Source: Syntrophorhabdaceae bacterium (GTDB lineage Bacteria; Desulfobacterota; Syntrophorhabdia; Syntrophorhabdales; Syntrophorhabdaceae). Taken from it: DNA of 64,000 nucleotides. The stretch covers positions 4,192,001-4,256,000 of the forward strand of contig OY762209.1 of the NCBI GenBank assembly GCA_963665295.1, in the 5' to 3' direction. Below, one piece after another: positions 57,328 to 64,000 of this stretch (position 1 is the first letter of the stretch; the number at the start of each line of letters is the position of its first letter). The notes beneath the pieces were generated by a model. The model saw only the letters and a program-made list of their open reading frames with translations, did not search any database and was not told the origin of the DNA. The translations under genes and the position numbers were made by a program.

Positions 57328-60300
57328 ATGATGTCCAAGTTCTTTGTCAACAGACCCATCGTTGCCATGGTGATCGCCATTATCACGGTCATCGTAGGCG
57401 TTGTCGCCATGATAAGGCTACCTGTAGCCGAGTTTCCCGACATCGTTCCACCGGAAATCCTCATTCAGGCCACATACACGGGCGCCGATGCCCTTACCCT
57501 TGAACAGGCTGTTGCGACCCCTATCGAGCAGCAGATGAGTGGCGTGGATAACATGATCTACATGTATTCCGTCAATGCCAACAACGGGGAAACCCAGTTG
57601 AGGGTTGACTTTGATGTGGGTACGGACCCGAACACCGATGAGGTGCTTGCCCAAATGCGCTTCGGACAGGCGGAATCGCAGCTCCCCTCCGAAGTCAACG
57701 CCATGGGCGTGACCATAAAGAAATCGGCGAGCAGCCCTCTCGTGGTCTTTTCCATCTATTCACCAAAAGAGACCTACGATCAGGTCTTTCTCGCAAACTA
57801 TGCCTACATTAACCTCAATGATCCTCTCGCCAGAGTCAAAGGTGTGGGCCAGGTGCAAATCTTCGGCGCAGGTCAGTACGCCATGCGCTTGTGGGTAAAA
57901 CCCGATCACCTCGCCAAATTAGGGATCACGGTAGATGAGATCTCCGACGCCATTCAGTCTCAGAGCACCGTCAACCCGTCAGGCCAACTGGGGGCGGAAC
58001 CCGCGCCGCCCGGCCAGGAATTCACCTATTCCGTAATAGGGCAAGGAAGGCTCACCACGGAAAAGGAGTTCGGAGATATCGTGGTCCGCGCCAATAGCGA
58101 CGGCTCCTACGTGCGGGTGAAGGATGTGGCGCGGGTTGAACTCGGCGCGCAGTATTACAACGTCTTCGGTCGCTTCAACCGCAAACCCGCTGCCGTCATC
58201 GCCGTGTACCAACTCCCCGGCTCCAACGCCATCGATACGGCGAAAAGGGCCATAAAGCTTATGGACGAGTGGAAGCAGCGGTTCCCCAACGATCTCGAGT
58301 ATACGGTCTGCCTCGATACCACCCTCGCCGTGTCCGCGGGCATGAAAGAGATCGTGAAGACCCTTATTGAGGCCCTCATACTTGTCATTATCGTAGTTTT
58401 TCTCTTTCTTCAGGGGTGGCGGGCCACCTTGATCCCCCTGTGCGCCGTGCCCGTATCCCTCGTGGGGACCTTTGCCCTTTTTCCGCTTTTTGGATTCTCC
58501 ATCAACACCCTGTCTCTTTTCGGTCTCGTCCTGGCCATCGGCCTCGTAGTGGACGATGCCATCGTCGTGGTTGAAGCCGTAGAGGCTCATATTGAACGGG
58601 GTTTGTCCCCAAAAGACGCGACCCTCAAAGCCATGGAGGAGGTATCAGGTCCTGTTATCGCCATTGCGTTAATCCTTGCCGCGGTCTTTATCCCCACGGC
58701 CTTTATTCCGGGCATCACAGGCAGGCTTTACCAGCAGTTTGCAGTAACCATCGCCATATCCGTCCTCATTTCTGCATTCAATGCCCTTACTCTGAGCCCT
58801 GCCCTTGCGGCCATACTTCTCCGGCCGAAGACCAAAGTCTGGGGACCTCTCCAGAGGTTCTACGACTGGTTCAACCGCGTCTTCAAGCGTGCCGTGGACG
58901 GTTATGTGGGTCTCTGCGGAGCCGCCATACGGAAGGTCTTCATAAGTCTTCTCATTCTCGCGGGAGTCACGGCCATGGCCGGAGGGTTCGCCAAGATGGT
59001 GCCGGGAAGCTTCCTCCCCGAGGAAGACCAGGGATATCAGTTTGCCGCCGTGCAGTTGCCCTTCGCTGCCTCCTTGCAGCGGACCGATGAGGTGGTGAAG
59101 AAGATCGAGGAGATTGTGTTGAAAACCCCGGGAGTGAAGTACTGCACTGCCGTCGCCGGTTTTAACCTGCTCAGCCAGGTTACAAACACATATAGCGGCT
59201 TCTTTTTTATCACCCTCGAGGACTGGAGCAAGAGGAAGAAACCCGAGGAGCAGTACGAGGCCATTATGATGCACATTTATGGACAAATGTCTCAACTGAC
59301 TGAAGGCGTCGCCTTTCCGATCTCCCCGCCCGCGATCCCCGGCATAGGCACAGCCGGCGGGTTTACCTTTGTCCTCGAAGATCGTGCAGGGAAAGATATC
59401 GCCTTCCTTGCCCGGAACGTGCAGACCTTCCTCCAGGCAGCCCGCAAAAGGCCGGAACTCAGTTCCCTGGCTACCACTTTCAGTCCCGCGGTGCCCCAGG
59501 TCTACGTCAACGTGGAACGCGAAAAAGCCCTCAAGCAAGGCGTCCCTCTCGACAATATATATGAGACCCTCCAGTGTTTTATGGGAGGGACCTTTGTCAA
59601 TTACTTCAACCGCTTCGGACGCCAGTGGCAGGTCTTTGTGCAGGCCGAGGGCGATTACCGCCGAGACACGGAAGGCCTTTCCCAGTTCTATGTGAGGAAT
59701 AACACCGGCAACATGGTCCCCTTGTCGGCCCTCGCCACGGTGAAAGCCACATCAGGGCCCGAATTCACCGTGAGGTATAACCAGTACAGGAGCGCCCAGA
59801 TTTACGGAAGTGCTGCGCCCGGCTACAGTTCAGGTCAGGCTATGAAGGCTTTGGAGGAAACTTTTGCCCAGACCATGCCGCGGGAAATGGGATTCGACTA
59901 TATGGGCATGTCATATCAGGAAAAGAAAGCCCAGCAGGGCGTGCCGGTAGCGGCAATTTTCGGATTCTCCCTTCTCTGCGTATTTCTTATTCTCGCCGCC
60001 CAGTATGAAAGCTGGTCCCTGCCGTTTAGCGTACTCCTCGGTACCCCCATCGCAGTGATGGGCGCTTTTCTCGCCCTTCTTATCCGCGGGCAAGAGAACA
60101 ACGTATACGCCCAGATCGGTCTCGTCATGCTCATCGGACTTGCGGCGAAGAATGCCATCCTTATCGTAGAGTTTGCAAAAACGGAGTACGAGAAAGGGAT
60201 GCCTCTCGTCGACGCGGCGCTTTACGGCGCACGCCTGCGTCTGAGACCTATACTCATGACCTCATTTGCCTTTATCCTTGGCTGCGTTCCCCTCGCGACA

Positions 60301-60495
60301 GCCAAAGGAGCCGGTGCGCTCTCGCGCCAGATCATGGGCACGGCAGTTATCGGAGGCATGGCAGCGGCCACTGCAATAGCTATTTTCTTAATACCGGTAA
60401 CGTTCTACGTGGTTGAAAGACTCTCGCATCGGGGGGAAGCAGGGGTACCTCCGGAAAACAAGGGAGGAGAAAAGGAGGGAGGAGAACGTGCGTAA
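57328..60495 (+). CDS. HAE1 RND efflux permease (copy 2)
   Basis: Same motifs as copy 1; collinear paralog. Confidence 0.95.
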   Translation: MMSKFFVNRPIVAMVIAIITVIVGVVAMIRLPVAEFPDIVPPEILIQATYTGADALTLEQAVATPIEQQMSGVDNMIYMYSVNANNGETQLRVDFDVGTDPNTDEVLAQMRFGQAESQLPSEVNAMGVTIKKSASSPLVVFSIYSPKETYDQVFLANYAYINLNDPLARVKGVGQVQIFGAGQYAMRLWVKPDHLAKLGITVDEISDAIQSQSTVNPSGQLGAEPAPPGQEFTYSVIGQGRLTTEKEFGDIVVRANSDGSYVRVKDVARVELGAQYYNVFGRFNRKPAAVIAVYQLPGSNAIDTAKRAIKLMDEWKQRFPNDLEYTVCLDTTLAVSAGMKEIVKTLIEALILVIIVVFLFLQGWRATLIPLCAVPVSLVGTFALFPLFGFSINTLSLFGLVLAIGLVVDDAIVVVEAVEAHIERGLSPKDATLKAMEEVSGPVIAIALILAAVFIPTAFIPGITGRLYQQFAVTIAISVLISAFNALTLSPALAAILLRPKTKVWGPLQRFYDWFNRVFKRAVDGYVGLCGAAIRKVFISLLILAGVTAMAGGFAKMVPGSFLPEEDQGYQFAAVQLPFAASLQRTDEVVKKIEEIVLKTPGVKYCTAVAGFNLLSQVTNTYSGFFFITLEDWSKRKKPEEQYEAIMMHIYGQMSQLTEGVAFPISPPAIPGIGTAGGFTFVLEDRAGKDIAFLARNVQTFLQAARKRPELSSLATTFSPAVPQVYVNVEREKALKQGVPLDNIYETLQCFMGGTFVNYFNRFGRQWQVFVQAEGDYRRDTEGLSQFYVRNNTGNMVPLSALATVKATSGPEFTVRYNQYRSAQIYGSAAPGYSSGQAMKALEETFAQTMPREMGFDYMGMSYQEKKAQQGVPVAAIFGFSLLCVFLILAAQYESWSLPFSVLLGTPIAVMGAFLALLIRGQENNVYAQIGLVMLIGLAAKNAILIVEFAKTEYEKGMPLVDAALYGARLRLRPILMTSFAFILGCVPLATAKGAGALSRQIMGTAVIGGMAAATAIAIFLIPVTFYVVERLSHRGEAGVPPENKGGEKEGGERA

Positions 60496-61912
60496 GCTTA
60501 TCGTCTTCTTGGTGTTTATCCTGTCACTCGTCGGTTGCGCCATCGGACCGGACTATAAACGTCCTGCCATCGACACGCCGTCGACATGGCGTCTGGACGA
60601 AAGACAAGCAAACAATCTGGCTAATACCATGTGGTGGGAGCAATTCGATGACCCCGTGCTCAATGATCTGGTCACAAGCGCTCTCAAGGAAAACTATGAT
60701 GTCAAAATCGCCGCCGCGAGAGTTGAGGAGTTTGTGGGTCAGTACTGGATCGCCAGAGCAGGTTTCTTTCCTCAGATAAGCGCCACAGGTCAGGGTGGCA
60801 GGCAACGTCTCAGTGATAACACCTCTACCTCGCTCTCATCTTCGCCCCTCGCTTCCGGTTTCAACAATCCCTCCACCAGTTATCAGGGCGGCTTTAGCGG
60901 GTCCTGGGAAATAGATGTCTGGGGTCGTCTGAGGCGAGCCACAGAGGCAGCCCGGGCAGATCTTCTCAGTACGGAAGAAGGCAAGAGAAGCGTGATCCTT
61001 ACCCTCGTCAGCAACGTGGCAAACGGTTACGTGAATCTGAGGGACCTTGACAAACAACTGCAGATAGCGCAAAGCACAACGGAAAGCAGGCGCCAGTCTC
61101 TCAGGCTCACCGACTTGAGGTTCAAGAACGGTCTCATATCGCTGTTGGACCTGTCACAAGTAAAGTCCGAGTATGAACAGGCAGCGGCGACCGTCCCCTC
61201 CCTCAAGAAGCAGATCACCCTCCAGGAGAACGCGCTCTGCGTACTTCTCGCGAGAAACCCCGGTCCCATACCAAGAGGCAAGAGCATCGACGACCTCGTG
61301 CTGCCGGCAGTGCCCGCGGGCCTTCCGTCCGATCTCCTCGAACGGCGTCCCGACATCCGTCAGGCCGAGCAGGAACTTATCGCAGCCAATGCCCGTATAG
61401 GGGTTGCCAAGGCCGCATTCTTCCCCGCTATATCCCTTACCGGCGCTTTTGGCTGGTCGAGCGCTCAGTTGTCAAATCTCGTGTCGGGGCCTTCCCAGGC
61501 GTGGAACTGGGCAGGGACCTTCAACGCCCCTATCTTCACAGGCGGAGCTCTCATGGGCCAACTCATGGTAAACGAAGCGCAGCAGCAGCAATTACTCTTT
61601 CAATACAAGAAAGCCATCCAAACCGCGTTCCAGGAAGTGAACGACTCTCTGGAAACCCAGAAACAGACACGGGAGCAACTCGTCGTTCAGGCGCGTCAGG
61701 TCGATGCGCTCCGGACCTATGCGAAGGTGGCCAGACGGCGTTACGACAACGGGTATACGAGCTATATGGAGGTCCTCGATGCAGAAAGAAGCCTTTTCAA
61801 CGCCGAACTTTCCTATGCCCAGACACAGGGCATTCTGTTCCAGTCCTTTGTAAACCTCTATAAGGCCACGGGAGGGGGTTGGGTCATGGAAGCAGAGAAG
61901 ATCGCCAAGTGA
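60488..61912 (+). CDS. NodT/OprM-family outer-membrane efflux lipoprotein
   Basis: GGAGGAG before GTG 60488; lipobox LVGC-AIGPDYKRP; SWEIDVWG; PSDLLERRPDI; LYKATGGGW. Confidence 0.93.
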   Translation: MRKLIVFLVFILSLVGCAIGPDYKRPAIDTPSTWRLDERQANNLANTMWWEQFDDPVLNDLVTSALKENYDVKIAAARVEEFVGQYWIARAGFFPQISATGQGGRQRLSDNTSTSLSSSPLASGFNNPSTSYQGGFSGSWEIDVWGRLRRATEAARADLLSTEEGKRSVILTLVSNVANGYVNLRDLDKQLQIAQSTTESRRQSLRLTDLRFKNGLISLLDLSQVKSEYEQAAATVPSLKKQITLQENALCVLLARNPGPIPRGKSIDDLVLPAVPAGLPSDLLERRPDIRQAEQELIAANARIGVAKAAFFPAISLTGAFGWSSAQLSNLVSGPSQAWNWAGTFNAPIFTGGALMGQLMVNEAQQQQLLFQYKKAIQTAFQEVNDSLETQKQTREQLVVQARQVDALRTYAKVARRRYDNGYTSYMEVLDAERSLFNAELSYAQTQGILFQSFVNLYKATGGGWVMEAEKIAK

Positions 61913-61988
61913 TAACCGGTTATCGAGGTGGTCCTGCGCCCGCGGGTCGGGCCAGGCCAGGTTCGACCCCGGCGGTTTTCCTTCCCTG

Positions 61989-63623
61989 TCAGGTATCCCT
62001 GTTGTCCAGTACTCGTCTTACTATCTCCGCTGTTTCCTGTCTTGTGAGCGGCTTCAGAACAAGTTCCTTTACGCCCATCGCCTTGACGTCTTCTTCTGAA
62101 ATCAACTCACTGTATCCCGTGCAGAGAATGACGGGGATATCACGACGGAGTTTCATCATCTCTTTGGCGAGATCGGACCCTGTCATGTAAGGCATTGCCT
62201 CGTCTACAATCACGAGGTCGAAGGATTCAGGGTTTTCGGAGAATATTTTCAGCGCTTCCCTGCAGTCCGTCGTCGCGGTCACGTGATAGCCGATCCCTTC
62301 AAGCAGGCTTCCCGTCATCTCAACAAGAAGTTCCTCGTCATCGACAAAAAGGATTCTCTCCGTTCCACCGGGCACCGTTTCGGGAGTCTCTTTTGGTAAT
62401 TTTTCCTTCTGACGCGCCCTGGGAAAAAACACACTAAAAGTCGATCCTTTTCCCGGCTCGCTGGAAACAGTAATGGCGCCTTTATGGATCTGTACAATCC
62501 CGTAAACCACGGAAAGCCCCATGCCAATCCCCTCACCCACCGGTTTCGTGGTAAAAAAGGGGTCGAATATCCTCTCCTGCACTTCGTTGCTCATGCCGGA
62601 ACCCGTATCACTGACAATAAGGGCCACATATTCTCCCGGCGTCATATTCGGGTGGAGCGCCGGGTTTCCTTCGTCCAGGATAACATTGGTGACGGTAATC
62701 TTCAGGATTCCCCCTTTTTCGCGCATGGACTGAGCCCCGTTTGATGCGAGGTTCAGGAGGACCTGCTGTATTTGGGAAAAATCCGCAAATATTTCATCCG
62801 ATTGAGTATCCACGAGGGTCTCCATTTGAACCGTCGCGGGAAGGGTCGCCCGAAGGAGGGCGGATGTCTCCTCTACAAGCGGACCGAGGCGTGCGGGTTC
62901 CTGCCTGGGCGTGGTCTTCCTGCTGAAGGTAAGGATCTGGCGAACAAGGTCTCTCCCGCGCATACCCGACTTGCGGATGAGTTCGACGTATCTCTTGAGG
63001 GGATCCTCGTCTCCCTTGATCTCCCTTAAGGCCCGCTCTGAAAAACCGATAATTGCCGCAAGGATGTTATTGAAATCGTGGGCAATTCCTCCAGCCAGAG
63101 TCCCCATGGCCTGCATCTTGCGGGCCTGGTGCATTTCCTCTTCGTTCCGTCTCCGCTCGGTGATGTCCCTCAGGTACGCGAGAGTATTCGACTCTCCCTT
63201 GTACACAATCCTGGTTGCCGAAACTTCAATGTAGATCGGGTTTCCGTCCTTCCTGATGCCCTTGAATTCGTATCTTGAAGGCACAAGATCACCCTTTTGC
63301 CGACCCCGGTTAATGGCTATGACCTTCTCACGATCGTCCGGATGCACTGAGAAGAATACGTCTTTCCCCACAATTTCTTCCGGCCTGTCATAACCGAACA
63401 TGTCAAGAAACTTCCGATTCACATATATATGTTGATCCCCCTTTACGATGGCGACGCCGTCGTTGGAATGTTCTATGGCAATTCTATAGCGCTCCTCCGA
63501 TTCTCTGAGCGCCTCTTCCGCACGTCTGAGTTCAATCTCCGACTCCCTCAGATCGGCAATTTTCCGGCGCATATCCGACAACTCTCCGAGAAGTTCCTTC
63601 CTGGCCTTATCTTCCTCTTTCAT
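61989..63623 (-). CDS. Hybrid PAS histidine kinase with receiver domain
   Basis: PAS, AGGIAHDFNN, QVLLNLASN, DTGSGM, FDPFFTTK, receiver ILFVDDE...CTGY..KP. Confidence 0.93.
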   Translation of the reverse strand: MKEEDKARKELLGELSDMRRKIADLRESEIELRRAEEALRESEERYRIAIEHSNDGVAIVKGDQHIYVNRKFLDMFGYDRPEEIVGKDVFFSVHPDDREKVIAINRGRQKGDLVPSRYEFKGIRKDGNPIYIEVSATRIVYKGESNTLAYLRDITERRRNEEEMHQARKMQAMGTLAGGIAHDFNNILAAIIGFSERALREIKGDEDPLKRYVELIRKSGMRGRDLVRQILTFSRKTTPRQEPARLGPLVEETSALLRATLPATVQMETLVDTQSDEIFADFSQIQQVLLNLASNGAQSMREKGGILKITVTNVILDEGNPALHPNMTPGEYVALIVSDTGSGMSNEVQERIFDPFFTTKPVGEGIGMGLSVVYGIVQIHKGAITVSSEPGKGSTFSVFFPRARQKEKLPKETPETVPGGTERILFVDDEELLVEMTGSLLEGIGYHVTATTDCREALKIFSENPESFDLVIVDEAMPYMTGSDLAKEMMKLRRDIPVILCTGYSELISEEDVKAMGVKELVLKPLTRQETAEIVRRVLDNRDT

Positions 63624-63969
63624 TCTAAGTACCTCTGCAATGTTAGCTCCAATACTAGTATACAATACTTCAAAAATAATTGCCCGCCGACTTTGCATAA
63701 TCCAGGGCCGAATGCTCCCGTACGTACCGTGCCAAGGGAACCCCTGCTCAAATTCGGCAGGGTAATCGCTGCTAGTTCCCGGGGCGTTTCTCTTTCCTCT
63801 TTTCCGATTCGACGATGCTTCACCAAATATATGACAGATTTGGTCGTTGTGCGGGACTCACTGAAAAAAGTTAAAATAAACTTTTCAGCCTCCCTACCCC
63901 TTCCCACAATACAATACCTGTCGCATATTAATGGAAAGAGAAATCCGAAAAGACCACGGAGGGTGGAAA

Positions 63970-64000
63970 ATGACATATAGTGCAAAACTCCTTGACCGAG
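63970..64000 (+). CDS. Possible 5' end of a gene running off the window
   Basis: GGAGGG RBS followed by ATG ACA TAT AGT...; only 10 codons visible. Confidence 0.3.
   Translation, partial: MTYSAKLLDR

Overview
GC-rich bacterial chromosome segment. The gene content (many PAS kinases, Fe-S proteins, a c7 cytochrome, FmdE, GlnRS) suggests an anaerobic Deltaproteobacterium/Desulfobacterota, Syntrophorhabdus-like; this assignment is an inference only. Bases 1-38.6 kb are mostly core and accessory metabolism (ilvA, rlmE, glgP, glnS, gldA, gabD, MltF, MscS, DUF3300/DUF2950), interrupted by a complete IS1380-family element with a GGCA target duplication. The most unusual locus is a 3-gene partner-switching operon at 14.6-18.8 kb. 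It encodes an NCS2-family permease whose substrate-binding residues are altered and whose C-terminus is a catalytically degenerate RsbW-like HATPase domain, followed by a Cache-HAMP-SpoIIE phosphatase and a STAS anti-anti-sigma factor; a eukaryote-type PP2C gene is divergent from it. Bases 38.7-51.7 kb form a decayed accessory region next to tRNA-Gln(CTG): a NodT pseudogene, IS630, traD, IS3, brxA and Bro-N remnants, and a Tat-exported TtrA-like molybdo/tungsto-enzyme operon that has a triheme c7 cytochrome and no NrfD/TtrC membrane anchor. The window ends with an MFP-RND-RND-OMF efflux operon and a hybrid PAS kinase. All family calls come from motif recognition by eye; no database searches were run.
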